Below, piece after piece: positions 31,781 through 41,195 of a stretch of 64,000 nt of DNA (within the stretch, counting starts at the first letter, position 1; every line of letters begins with the position of its first letter). Source of the stretch: a virus. The stretch covers positions 1 through 64,000 of IMG/VR virus record IMGVR_UViG_3300032770_000009. One strand, 5' to 3'. The position numbers were made by a program, and so were the translations under genes. Under the pieces are notes generated by a model. That model saw nothing but the letters and a program-made list of their open reading frames with translations. It did not search any database and was not told the origin of the DNA.

Positions 31781-32362
31781 TTAACCTATTTTCAGATATC
31801 CGAAACTTTCTAATGTCGTGTTTATAAAGCGGCCGGGAGAAGGAGCCATACGGAATGATTTAGCTACTGCTGGTGGTACAGGGTGCTCAGTGCCGTAATC
31901 GTATATAGCTCCGTCAGTATAAAACTGAACTCGTAATATTCCCTGAGATTTAGAATAGCCTGCTGCTATAGTACGCCTGTGATCCCATCCGTTACCAGGA
32001 AATGCTGTCTTAGTAGGAGCATATGTGAGAGGAATGAAATCGCCGCTGGCATTATCTGACTGAGCGAATAAATCCGCTTCAGTAGCTTCTATATACGGAT
32101 CACCGTAATACCTACTGTTAGGTATATTCTCAGAGTTAGGCAACGTTGATGCCCTGCCTGGTATAACACCCGGATATCCTCTAGTGGTTCCTTCTTTGTT
32201 ACCAGTAGCCCACACACGCGCTCTGCCAGCTTGAATCGCAGACTGGTCATCATTTACCTGGTTAGGGTTAATAGCTTGCCTACGGGCCGCTCCGCGCTCT
32301 ACACCAGCAGATATACGGGGCGCTGGCTTGTTAGTTATTTTAACGCGGCGCTTTGATGCCAT
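31781..32362 (-). CDS. KTSC-domain protein
   Basis: AAGYSKSQGILRVQF...AIYDY...FRMAPSPGRFIN. Confidence 0.65.
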   Translation of the reverse strand: MASKRRVKITNKPAPRISAGVERGAARRQAINPNQVNDDQSAIQAGRARVWATGNKEGTTRGYPGVIPGRASTLPNSENIPNSRYYGDPYIEATEADLFAQSDNASGDFIPLTYAPTKTAFPGNGWDHRRTIAAGYSKSQGILRVQFYTDGAIYDYGTEHPVPPAVAKSFRMAPSPGRFINTTLESFGYLKIG

Positions 32363-32860
32363 CTATGCTCCTGTAAAGAAATTCGGCAGCAAAGTTGACT
32401 GGTCTAGATTTTTTCCTAAAGCCATGTCAGTCCATTGCGTGCCGTCTACTGAGGTTTGTGTTTCAGTGCATGTATTAGGACCGCAAAGGTGATCTCCTCT
32501 GCCGTAGTGAGCTGACCACAGCCGGTACTGGGAACGTTTGAATCCGTTAGCATTCATAGTCAGCATCAGACGATCTAAGTTAGACGCCTGAGTATAGATA
32601 ACCGGCCTTACAACTTTACGGGCCATCTGCCGGTTAAGCCAGGCATATACATCTGCTATAGTTGCGTCTCCGGTTTCCACATCTAAGCACTCGGCATTTT
32701 CTGACGAATTAATAGCTATAGATAAGATTGTAGCATGAGGAAATTCTTTTTGCAGGGTAGAATATGTAGGCCAGTAACCGCCGACATACCCAGCTACATA
32801 CTGAGCGTTTTTAGGTATCTGGCTAACGTTAATGCTGTCGTACATTACGAGATTTGCCAT
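32363..32860 (-). CDS. Glycoside-hydrolase (GH25-like) lysin catalytic domain
   Basis: CLDVETGDAT, PVIYT, LWSAHY, TQWTD, LDQS motifs. Confidence 0.65.
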   Translation of the reverse strand: MANLVMYDSINVSQIPKNAQYVAGYVGGYWPTYSTLQKEFPHATILSIAINSSENAECLDVETGDATIADVYAWLNRQMARKVVRPVIYTQASNLDRLMLTMNANGFKRSQYRLWSAHYGRGDHLCGPNTCTETQTSVDGTQWTDMALGKNLDQSTLLPNFFTGA

Positions 32861-33725
32861 GTTATCTCCTTAGATAGTATTTTTTACTATCTAAGTCTAT
32901 CAGATGACTTTATGAAACCTCTTCGGGCGGCGCTGCTTGTAAAACAACCAGGTATTGTGAATGTTCGCTATGTGTTCTGCTGCTTCCTGAGAAATGAAAC
33001 AAGCCACTTCACCTTCATAAGATTCACTAGGAGGTATTTCATTAGTCTTAACACACCATCCGCCGATAGTATCTTCCGGCATAGCGAACCATTCTTTATT
33101 TAGATAATCAGGCATGGATCTCCACCGTAAACTGATTCTCGTCTTCATCAGTCCATCTATAATGTAATGGCTGTCCTAGTGGAGTTTTTACTTCTCTTCC
33201 GCCAGGGAACCTAACCATGTAAGCATCTCTTCCAGCTTGAATGGAAACGCTGTTATCTCCTGTCTTGCTGTACTGTCCAGTTTGGACGGATGCGCGGACC
33301 TTCTTCATCCGAGACATTATAGTGCGGGCAATGTTTCCCAGCCTGAACATGCCTTCCCCTTTCATCAAACCTGCATATGTCAACTTCAAAAGAATTATGG
33401 TAACTAGTATCATCTGGTCTTCGACGTATCTGTGAATGAAAAACTCTTCGTCTCTCATCCATAGGATCAATGTCCTCTTCTACTTCTTCAAGCGGAGGCT
33501 CTACACCTAAAGTTAACTCCCACGGATCATTAACGCCCACGGTACCTTTTACCTTCTATAGTAAAATCCGGCTGGCTGCCAGTACCGCACTCAGCGGTCC
33601 ATTCTTTACCGCATTTATCACACTTCCAGTCACAATACCAAGTGCCGAATCTCAACCTTGTATTACTATGGTGCGGACTCTGATGCTGAGACTGCTTTAT
33701 GCTACTACTTACACAGCCTACTAGA

Positions 33726-34094
33726 TTACCCATTTCTGAAACCTTTCAGTCGCCAGTTCCACAGTTGCCAGTATTTCTGTCCTTCTTCTGTACTGTCCCA
33801 GTCTGTTATTCTTCTGACGTTATCGACATCCATAAAGTTCCACGGTTTATCCATAGTGACAGCAATAGCAATACGATGAATGCCGTCGCGCAAACGAGTA
33901 AAATCCCTGTTAACATAAAGAGGAATAAGTTGACCGTTGTCATGTAATGATTTACGTAGAATAGCATACTGAGTAGAAATGTCCGCATTAACTTCCTCTA
34001 TCACTTGAGGAAGGAAATCTCCTACTTTCACAAACCCGGTAGGAGAAGGAAAATCTAATTGTTTAATTTTATCGATATGCCATAACTGCTTCAT
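33726..34094 (-). CDS. ParB/Srx-like N-terminal domain protein
   Basis: SLHDNGQLIPLYV...LRDGIHRIAIA; likely start MKQLWH. Confidence 0.6.
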   Translation of the reverse strand: MKQLWHIDKIKQLDFPSPTGFVKVGDFLPQVIEEVNADISTQYAILRKSLHDNGQLIPLYVNRDFTRLRDGIHRIAIAVTMDKPWNFMDVDNVRRITDWDSTEEGQKYWQLWNWRLKGFRNG

Positions 34095-34377
34095 TAACTC
34101 CCCTGTAAAATCTTTTCTGCTATTACAGACATAGTGCAAGAATACTTGCCCTTGCTGCTGTTGTATGAATCTACAATACAAAGCCTGTCTTCGTCTTTAA
34201 TACTGAAATCGTAATCATACCCAAAAAACTCCTCAGCCGCTATGAACGCTTTTCTCTTCATATCATTAAACGTGTCACCATACACATGGACACTTAATCT
34301 TAGTCTCTCAGGCTCTCTAGGTGTACTCGGAATTGAGCTAGGAATGTACCTGTAACTATTAGAACTTAAAAGATCCA

Positions 34378-34929
34378 TTATTTTCCTCCATTAGCTAGAA
34401 TATTTAGTGCTTCGAACATTGCTATTTTTTCTCTCATCCATTTAACTTCTCTAGCATCTGCTAGTGCGTTATGCTTGCTGTCATTTTTTCTGCCGGGATT
34501 ATAACCTAGTCGTTCCATCTCTTGAGCGACATCGTTAGTCCGCTGAACAAACGGCATATCAATCATACGGCCGTAAAGCTGAGCTAGCACAACATGATCA
34601 TATGCGGCAAAGTAAGCCCACAGAGAAGGATTAGCGTATTCGACTACAAAATCTAGAACTTCCTTAGCAATCTCTGAACGGCTCTTAACATTAGCATAAT
34701 CAGGATGACTTTCATCCCATACCGGGAACTTTGGATCTATAGGCTGTGCTAGCGGAAGATAAGGAAGAACGTTAGCTCTAATCCACATATTCTTAGCGGC
34801 GTCCTTGATTAGTTCAAGGTCGTCAACCACAGCATAATATTCCTGATTGTCTTCTCTCACCATACCTATTGAAATAAGCCTTATAGTTTCACCGTTCTCA
34901 AGAAACTCCGTATCATAATATATTTCCAT
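34378..34929 (-). CDS. DEDD 3'-5' exoribonuclease (RNase AS / Rv2179c-like)
   Basis: YYDTEFLE...LISIGMV...AYDHVVLAQLYG...HNALADA. Confidence 0.85.
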   Translation of the reverse strand: MEIYYDTEFLENGETIRLISIGMVREDNQEYYAVVDDLELIKDAAKNMWIRANVLPYLPLAQPIDPKFPVWDESHPDYANVKSRSEIAKEVLDFVVEYANPSLWAYFAAYDHVVLAQLYGRMIDMPFVQRTNDVAQEMERLGYNPGRKNDSKHNALADAREVKWMREKIAMFEALNILANGGK

Positions 34930-34977
34930 TTAACCTCCTTAAATGCATATAGCCACCTTAAGGTGGCTATAGTTACG

Positions 34978-35050
34978 TAGGTACTGACGGAATTGAACCG
35001 CCGACCTGTTGTTTGTAAGACAACCGCTCTCCCAACTGAGCTAAGCACCC
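34978..35050 (-). tRNA. tRNA-Val(TAC)
   Basis: Cloverleaf; anticodon loop CT-TAC-AA; T loop TTCAATT. Confidence 0.9.
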
Positions 35051-35051
35051 G

Positions 35052-35123
35052 TGATCCTAGAAGGAATCGAACCTTCACCGCCAGAATGAGAATCTGACAT
35101 CCTAGCCGTTAGACGATAGGACC
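35052..35123 (-). tRNA. tRNA-Glu(CTC)
   Basis: Cloverleaf; loop TT-CTC-AT. Confidence 0.88.
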
Positions 35124-35402
35124 GTTATTTAGTGTTGTCTACAAGAAAACTTTTCTTGCAAGAATTACAGTAGAACACTGATTTAGTAGTATCTTTGTCG
35201 TAAATATAAAAAAACGTGGTGTTTTTCTTACCGCAGTGGGTACATTTCTCACCAAACTTTTTTACCATAGTTGCTTCCTTACTTTGCGAAGTAAGACTCA
35301 CACGAATTACAGAACCACACTTCTTCTCTGTAACGCTCGTCCCATTCTTTGTATCTTGTCTCACTGCTGCCACAGTCTGGACATATCAGCGTCTCACACA
35401 TG

Positions 35403-35475
35403 TGCCGCCAGTAGGACTCGAACCTACGACCCGATCTTTAAGAGAGACCTGCTCTACCAACTGAGCTATGGGGGC
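35403..35475 (-). tRNA. tRNA-Lys(CTT)
   Basis: Cloverleaf; loop CT-CTT-AA. Confidence 0.9.
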
Positions 35476-35521
35476 GGGTGGTCCAGTATTATTAGCGTCC
35501 CCTGAACCAAGGGAGGTTTGA

Positions 35522-36451
35522 TTAAGCGGTTGTTACTACGTCAATGAAGCCTGTTGCCTGTCCGTTAGGATCAGGAACACGATTACTGTAGCTAGCTCCT
35601 GCTGCTGCCGGAATAACTAGCATTGAGTATGTGTGGCCAGGTGAAAGACCCCATAGATAACCAACGCCTGAACATGTGTAACCGTAGTGAGGCTGGCCTG
35701 ATGGCGATGTCATACCGTAACCGAATGTTTCGGTTACAACGCAAGAACCATCTGCTGAGTTAACTGGGGGGATATCCCAGCCTACTGTTGCTGTTGAACG
35801 ACCGTCAGTGATGACATGTCCGCCTTCAACGTACGAACGAGTAGAAATCACAGGACTAGTTGTACTTGTGTCATCCCATGTTACAGAACCTTCTACAGGG
35901 TCATTCGTAGTGTTCGTAAACGTTAGTGGTGAGCCGCTAATAGTTGTCGATACTTCAAATGTCGCCGCTGTTACATTCGATGCGGTATTTACATTTGAAT
36001 CTACAACATATAGAGATACGGTTGTGTCTGAAGACGGTAGTACATAGGTGCTTGTATTACCGGGAGTCTGTTCCTGGGGCACGTTATCAAAGTTGTTAGC
36101 TGTTGCATTAGGTGCATTAACAGATAGCCCTGTAGCTGGTGTGTATGTTCCACCAGTTACTAGAGTGTTAACTGCACTAGCAATATCTGCCGCTAGTGTG
36201 GTACCAGTAGCATTTGGATTCTGCTGCTGAACAAACTGCTCTAGATCATAAGTTACGATGGTACCGTTTGATGGTACCGGGCTCTTGTTTGTGACACTCA
36301 GTGTTGACGGTAGCGTGCTACCAATAGGGAATGTAAAGTTAGTGGTTTCTGTAGTTGCGGCATGAGCTGTACTAGCAAAGCCAGCACCCATACCCATAGT
36401 CGCAACAGCGGCAACGCCTACGACTAGTGCTGCGAATTTTGTTCTAAACAT
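35522..36451 (-). CDS. Secreted Thr-rich protein
   Basis: Sec signal peptide ending AHA; preceded by the candidate late-promoter motif. Confidence 0.6.
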   Translation of the reverse strand: MFRTKFAALVVGVAAVATMGMGAGFASTAHAATTETTNFTFPIGSTLPSTLSVTNKSPVPSNGTIVTYDLEQFVQQQNPNATGTTLAADIASAVNTLVTGGTYTPATGLSVNAPNATANNFDNVPQEQTPGNTSTYVLPSSDTTVSLYVVDSNVNTASNVTAATFEVSTTISGSPLTFTNTTNDPVEGSVTWDDTSTTSPVISTRSYVEGGHVITDGRSTATVGWDIPPVNSADGSCVVTETFGYGMTSPSGQPHYGYTCSGVGYLWGLSPGHTYSMLVIPAAAGASYSNRVPDPNGQATGFIDVVTTA

Positions 36452-36562
36452 GATTTTCTTGTTATCCGTTTCGTTTAGGGAATATTACTAGCCACAGTAT
36501 ACACTGTGGGTCGTGCAAGTAGCCTTCCCGAAAGGGATAGACTCTTATTCGGCGAGAAATTT

Positions 36563-36624
36563 CGGACAATCAACGGGATCTGCCGTGCCGCTTAAGGGAT
36601 AGGTTGTGCCACTGTTAATTATCC
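36563..36624 (-). ncRNA. Conserved structured RNA motif of about 60 nt, copy 1, 3' of tRNA-Ser
   Basis: Near-identical core to 41999-42056; closing stem GGAUAAUUAAC/GUUGAUUGUCC. Confidence 0.55.
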
Positions 36625-36627
36625 TTG

Positions 36628-36713
36628 AGGAAGCGGTGGGACTCGAACCCACACGGGACGCAATGCCCGTACGCTTTTCAAGAGCGTTCCACACCAGCCA
36701 TGTTAGCGCTTCC
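36628..36713 (-). tRNA. tRNA-Ser(TGA)
   Basis: Long variable arm; loop CT-TGA-AA. Confidence 0.85.
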
Positions 36714-36729
36714 ATATTTAATTGTTACG

Positions 36730-36818
36730 CGGAGACAGAAGGATTTGAACCTTCGTGAGACGCAATGCTCAACGATATTAGCAGTATCGCGCAATCGACC
36801 AGACTATGCGATGTCTCC
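36730..36818 (-). tRNA. tRNA-Ser(GCT)
   Basis: Long variable arm; loop CT-GCT-AA. Confidence 0.9.
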
Positions 36819-36972
36819 ATGTTATTTAATTGTTATCATAGTACAGTCTGCCGCAGCAAATACATCTGTCATTCACCAATCGACAAGTACAGCCGCAGCA
36901 TGTTTCCGGACTCATGTGGTCGCAATTGCATTTACATTTATCGGGTTTCATTTAGTTATTTCCTCCTGTAAG

Positions 36973-37046
36973 AGCGCCCGACCGGACTTGAACCGGCAAA
37001 CCTCTAACTTGGCAAGCTAGCATTCTACCAATTGAACTACGAGCAC
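36973..37046 (-). tRNA. tRNA-Gly(GCC)
   Basis: Cloverleaf; loop TT-GCC-AA. Confidence 0.9.
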
Positions 37047-37092
37047 ATAAAGCGGAGACTGACGGAATTAACGATCAGCATCTCCGTTTAAG

Positions 37093-37167
37093 CGAGACCA
37101 ACGGGATTTGAACCCGTGACCACTACCTTGACAGGGTAGCGCTCTATCCGGACTGAGCTATGGCCCC
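37093..37167 (-). tRNA. tRNA-Asp(GTC)
   Basis: Cloverleaf; loop CT-GTC-AA. Confidence 0.92.
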
Positions 37168-37199
37168 ATGACTGCCTCAGAAGAGAGGCAGGTAAATCT

Positions 37200-37228
37200 A
37201 GTCTACACTATAATCGTGCGGATGTCAA
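37200..37228 (-). promoter_or_regulatory. Housekeeping-sigma promoter
   Basis: TTGACA-N17-TAGACT. Confidence 0.7.
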
Positions 37229-37229
37229 G

Positions 37230-37835
37230 CTACTTACCTGTAGCACTCGCCTTGAGAATATCAGGAGAACCTAGTAGCTGAACCTGGTGAGTGCTCTCGT
37301 TCCATGTAGCCGAACCAGAGACAGCATCCACGAAACCCTCCCAGTATTGGATGTACTGCTGACCCTTGCTATTGACACAAAGGACGTTAGTACCTGTAGA
37401 ATCACCAGTGTAAACGCCAGTTGGGTCCATCTGACCGATAACATTATCGCCTTGATTTTCCTGGTAACCGCCACCGTCAGGCTGTGCAACCTGCTGGTCA
37501 GGGTTAGTAAGCTGATCAGAAGATGCGACCGGCATACCGATAGAAGCACACGAAGAGATGGGATTCTGAATTCCTTGATTGAAGAAGAACGTTGTAGTGT
37601 TCTCTCCCTGGGCTTCGATGTCTTCAACATTCTGAAGAGTAGCGCGCTGCTGTGAATAGTTGTAGATATGAACAGGCTGGTTATTAAGTAGATTGTTACT
37701 GTCCTGCTGCTGTGCCTGGCTTTCTTGCTGCTGTGCACTAGGCGGCGTAGAAGCTGAGCTGTCAGAACTGCACCCAGTCATAAAAGCTGCCAGAAGAATC
37801 GCAGCCGATACCCCACCGACGATAAACTTGTTCAT
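37230..37835 (-). CDS. Lipoprotein
   Basis: Signal peptide with lipobox-like MTGC followed by a Ser/Gln linker. Confidence 0.7.
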   Translation of the reverse strand: MNKFIVGGVSAAILLAAFMTGCSSDSSASTPPSAQQQESQAQQQDSNNLLNNQPVHIYNYSQQRATLQNVEDIEAQGENTTTFFFNQGIQNPISSCASIGMPVASSDQLTNPDQQVAQPDGGGYQENQGDNVIGQMDPTGVYTGDSTGTNVLCVNSKGQQYIQYWEGFVDAVSGSATWNESTHQVQLLGSPDILKASATGK

Positions 37836-37858
37836 TTGTTTCCTCCTAGATTTTCTTC

Positions 37859-38380
37859 CTAATTGCCCATGTAGTAATACGTTGAGCTTGGGTTCAGACT
37901 ACCATCTGAACAATTTGTGTTGATCCACTTGGTATCGACGTTAGCGGCCGGAAGGGAACCGTTAACTTGAGTAGCCAGATAACAAACCTGACCGGCATCA
38001 TACTCGCGCTGGGACTTAAGCTGATTAGCATAAGTAGTGTCTCCCTGCTGCTGAGCAGAAATGATATCCGTAGAATCGCCATTGACACTCTGAATACCTG
38101 TAACAATTCGCTCACCTAGCGCGGACTGAAAGCTGAAAGACCCCTCAGCAATCTGACCTTCACCATTAGTGATTTGCTTCTGAATTTGTAGCTGGTGCTG
38201 AGTAACGCTCTTTGTTAGTGTCCACGATCCTTCGTAGATAGCGAAGATCCCGTAAACAATTGCGAAGACTACGATAACAGCAGCTACAAAGCCACCTAGA
38301 ATCTTCACCCTACCTCCTAGAGATTCTATAATTCTTTGCCACCGTGTCATATGTGGCGTTAACAAAATCGATCTGGTCAT
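37859..38380 (-). CDS. Membrane-anchored protein (true start probably near 38308)
   Basis: N-terminal hydrophobic helix; two Cys. Confidence 0.55.
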   Translation of the reverse strand: MTRSILLTPHMTRWQRIIESLGGRVKILGGFVAAVIVVFAIVYGIFAIYEGSWTLTKSVTQHQLQIQKQITNGEGQIAEGSFSFQSALGERIVTGIQSVNGDSTDIISAQQQGDTTYANQLKSQREYDAGQVCYLATQVNGSLPAANVDTKWINTNCSDGSLNPSSTYYYMGN

Positions 38381-38552
38381 CTGTATCAGCTTGTTCTAGC
38401 TGAACCATTCTGAGCATTTCAATTTCTTCCATCTTACGTTTCCAGGCTATCGGCGATAGTTTAGTCTTAGCCTGATATTTGAAGCAGTACCTTACGAAAG
38501 GCACGCCTACTGCCGTTGATATCAGCAGAGCAACCCCTAGTATTACTAGCAT
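38310..38552 (-). CDS. Small membrane protein
   Basis: N-terminal hydrophobic helix. Confidence 0.5.
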   Translation of the reverse strand: MLVILGVALLISTAVGVPFVRYCFKYQAKTKLSPIAWKRKMEEIEMLRMVQLEQADTDDQIDFVNATYDTVAKNYRISRR

Positions 38553-38607
38553 GTTAGACCCTTTAGTGTAGGGGGCGAGTTTCCCCGCCCCCTTGCTGTG
38601 TAACTAC

Positions 38608-38655
38608 AAACTACCAGACCCACGGGCATCTGTCAAATCCGGCAAACCGGACATT
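38608..38655 (-). promoter_or_regulatory. Promoter with upstream CGGACATT box
   Basis: TTGACA-N17-TAGTTT with TG extension. Confidence 0.65.
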
Positions 38656-40287
38656 CTAGACATCCCAGGGCCAACGACCATCTGAAGAATCTTCTATCAT
38701 TGGTATTAGTTTGAATGTAGCATCTGAAAGACCGCCAAGCTGGTACTTACGGTCCTTACCTACAGGAAGATCAGTAACTTTATAGCCTGCAAGATCGAAT
38801 GCATACACGTAAGCACTGCCAAAGTTGAAGTTAGCGACACCATAGCCATAGCCGTAGTAGCCATGGCCAGGGAAAGATTGTCCATCAGTGAAGATAAACA
38901 CTCTCTTGTGCTTATTCGGATCGAAGTGCTTCTGTAGTGCGTCTAGTGTTTGAGTACCATGTCCTACTTCACCGTTACGACGGTTAACTTCCTCCACTAT
39001 CTTAAGCACAGAAGTACCTGGCTTAACGGTTAGCTTCTTAGAAGAAGAAGCGAACATAACGATATCCACGTTACCTGGAGACTTAGCAGCCACAGCAGCA
39101 CCGAATAGAGCCGCTGCACCAGCACGTGACATCTTGCTCTTGTCAGATATAGGGGCATCCATTGAACCAGATGTGTCTACAAGCACCAAAGTTGAACTGT
39201 CGAACACCGGAATATTCTGAGTAGAATATTCTAGTGCCTGCTCAAGTGCCGCATGGTAGATAAGACTATTAGTCTCATTGAACGCAGAAAGGAATCTGAA
39301 CGGGAACTGTCTTGACTTCTCTATAACCTCCTTGTTGGTCAGTTTGTTGACAACAAGATCACGCACAGCAGTAGAAATACCTGCCTGCTCGAAATTGCGA
39401 AGGTTACGGATAAGAGCCATAATACCCATTGAAGGAATAACTGACTCCCACAACTTGTTCTTAGCCACTTTGGTACCGGCTAGAGAAAGAACATCTTCCC
39501 ATGTAAGACCAGCAGCCTTAACACGATCAGAGTCAAGAAGAGCCTTGACATCCTTAGCCGCATCAGCCCTCAATGACTGGTTAGCTGAAATCATAGGCAG
39601 CAAACTTGTGTCAGTATCAGAGCCATAACGCTTGCTGATTATAAACGAGAACAAAGCACCTTGCCATGGCTTAGAAGGCTTAACGTGAGTCAAATTCAAT
39701 ACATCAGAGAACTTAACTGAATATGCATCGGTGTTGTACTTAAGAACACTGTACTCGTTGTACAACTTAAGTACAGAATCAGAAATACCCCTCTTAACAG
39801 GCTTAGGTAGTTTACCAAACTTAGAAAGCCAGTAAGACACAAACTCGCCTGGTTCGTCAGCACGTGAAAGAACTTCAGAAATGATATGGCGATTCATGCC
39901 CTTCATGCCCATTGACGAAAGCAGCTCGTCTTCCGCTACAGCACCCTTGTTGTTAAGGCGAGCATACACAAAGTGAGCCGCACCTACTACAGACGCGGTA
40001 CGGATGTTAGCTTCTGATCTAAGCCAGATCAGAAACTTCATAGTCCATATAGGATCATAAACAGCTAGTGTCTCTACTAGATCGGTGAACCGCTTGTTAC
40101 GGTCATCACCCTTCTCATAGTAGGTCTTCTCACCGTAAAAGAGGTTTGCACCCAGACGGAAAAGCTCTGTCCTTTTGTCAGAAACAGCACCCTGACCGCC
40201 GCCGTAAGTACGAACACCCGGAACTACTGTTGAAGTCATTGGTGAGACTGGGCCACGGTTTACGGTCTTAGTGTTGATCTTTGACAT
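38656..40287 (-). CDS. rsr: Ro60/Rsr TROVE-domain RNA-binding protein with C-terminal vWA domain
   Basis: TROVE motifs RADEPGE, KLPKPVKRG, HVKP, LTWE, MGIMALIRNLRN, SRQFPFRFLSA; MIDAS motif DTSGSM and FTDGQ. SD GGAGG precedes ATG 40287. Confidence 0.93.
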   Translation of the reverse strand: MSKINTKTVNRGPVSPMTSTVVPGVRTYGGGQGAVSDKRTELFRLGANLFYGEKTYYEKGDDRNKRFTDLVETLAVYDPIWTMKFLIWLRSEANIRTASVVGAAHFVYARLNNKGAVAEDELLSSMGMKGMNRHIISEVLSRADEPGEFVSYWLSKFGKLPKPVKRGISDSVLKLYNEYSVLKYNTDAYSVKFSDVLNLTHVKPSKPWQGALFSFIISKRYGSDTDTSLLPMISANQSLRADAAKDVKALLDSDRVKAAGLTWEDVLSLAGTKVAKNKLWESVIPSMGIMALIRNLRNFEQAGISTAVRDLVVNKLTNKEVIEKSRQFPFRFLSAFNETNSLIYHAALEQALEYSTQNIPVFDSSTLVLVDTSGSMDAPISDKSKMSRAGAAALFGAAVAAKSPGNVDIVMFASSSKKLTVKPGTSVLKIVEEVNRRNGEVGHGTQTLDALQKHFDPNKHKRVFIFTDGQSFPGHGYYGYGYGVANFNFGSAYVYAFDLAGYKVTDLPVGKDRKYQLGGLSDATFKLIPMIEDSSDGRWPWDV

Positions 40288-40308
40288 TTTTACCTCCAAA
40301 AATATAAA

Positions 40309-40384
40309 GCCCCAAGTTTACATTCGCTTAATCATTTGTTGCAGTGGAAGAACACATGATTTCGATAGGTCGTAAACCTGGAGC
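40309..40384 (-). ncRNA. Long bulged hairpin RNA just upstream of the Ro60 ribosome-binding site
   Basis: GCUCCAGGUUUAC/GUAAACUUGGGGC 13-bp stem with G-U pairs, plus AAUCAU/AUGAUU inner stem. Confidence 0.5.
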
Positions 40385-40401
40385 GGTTTTTATAGAAACT
40401 G

Positions 40402-40531
40402 TTACCTTGAGAATAAGATTAAGTCAGCATTTGGGATTATGAGTCCCAGTTCCCGCCATGGGAACCCGGGATGTGGCCCCGGGTAATAGAGTCGAACTAT
40501 TGAAGTATCTGACTAAAATGCACCAAAGTAA
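40402..40531 (-). ncRNA. Y-RNA-like unit 1 (T arm, looped acceptor, D arm, anticodon CAU)
   Basis: Closing stems plus GGUGC and UACUUC motifs; T loop UUCGACU. Confidence 0.8.
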
Positions 40532-40540
40532 GTTTATAAA

Positions 40541-40649
40541 TCCTGAGAATAATACATAAACAGCAAGGGAGCCATCCCATACGGCAAGGAATCGAACCTT
40601 AGCCCTGCGAATTGTTGGAGCAGAAGTAGCTGTTTATTTTGCACCAGGA
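40541..40649 (-). ncRNA. Y-RNA-like unit 2
   Basis: UCCUG/CAGGA and AUAAACAGC/GCUGUUUAU stems; T loop UUCGAUU. Confidence 0.8.
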
Positions 40650-40662
40650 ATATGAAGTTGTG

Positions 40663-40811
40663 TTGCCTAGAGTATACTGCGGTCACAGTATAGTTTCGTA
40701 AAGCTCTACCATTAAGCTACACCGGGAAGAAGCCCCGGCGTCAGGATTCGAACCTGAATCTCTTGATTAACAGTCAAATTGAAGTAACTGTGTACCTTTG
40801 CACCTAGGCAA
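40663..40811 (-). ncRNA. Y-RNA-like unit 3 (permuted tRNA-Asn-like, anticodon GUU)
   Basis: Anticodon arm, T arm, looped acceptor and D arm in that order inside the conserved stems. Confidence 0.82.
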
Positions 40812-40817
40812 AGCTTA

Positions 40818-40980
40818 TTAATCCAGAGTTTAGGGCGACGACAGATGGCTTGTTATTTTATTTCGCGTCTTTCCAGTTAAACGACAGCCGCATGATTGAG
40901 CGGCCGACAGGATTCGAACCTGTATGACGGTCTCCGCATGACATATTTTGAAGTAACTGTAGTCTTTGCACCTGGATTAA
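40818..40980 (-). ncRNA. Y-RNA-like unit 4 (classical YrlA-like: T arm, looped acceptor, D arm)
   Basis: UUAAUCCAG/CUGGAUUAA closing stem; T loop UUCGAAU. Confidence 0.82.
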
Positions 40981-40987
40981 GTTGTGT

Positions 40988-41114
40988 AGTCAAGAGTAAG
41001 AAACGATCTCGGAGTTTGAATCTTCAACAGGACTTGAACCTGTAACATTTTCTTTTAAAGAGAAACTATCTGCCATTGATATATGAAGTAACCGAAATCA
41101 AACGCACCTTGACT
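40988..41114 (-). ncRNA. Y-RNA-like unit 5 (unpermuted cloverleaf, anticodon UUA)
   Basis: AGUCAAG/CUUGACU stem; D arm, UUUCU-CUUUAAA-AGAAA arm, T arm. Confidence 0.78.
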
Positions 41115-41117
41115 TAG

Positions 41118-41190
41118 AGGTCCATGCCGGATTCGAACCGGATAAAGTGAGGTTGCAACTCACCGCCTAAGCCTTTTCAGCCACAGGACC
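41118..41190 (-). tRNA. tRNA-Cys(GCA)
   Basis: Cloverleaf; loop TT-GCA-AC; U discriminator. Confidence 0.88.
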
Positions 41191-41195
41191 ATTAA

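Noticed and set aside
36563-36624. Theta/HDV, twister, pistol or hammerhead ribozyme call for the duplicated motif
   Set aside because: The required pairings and core nucleotides could not be fitted by eye; left as an unknown motif.
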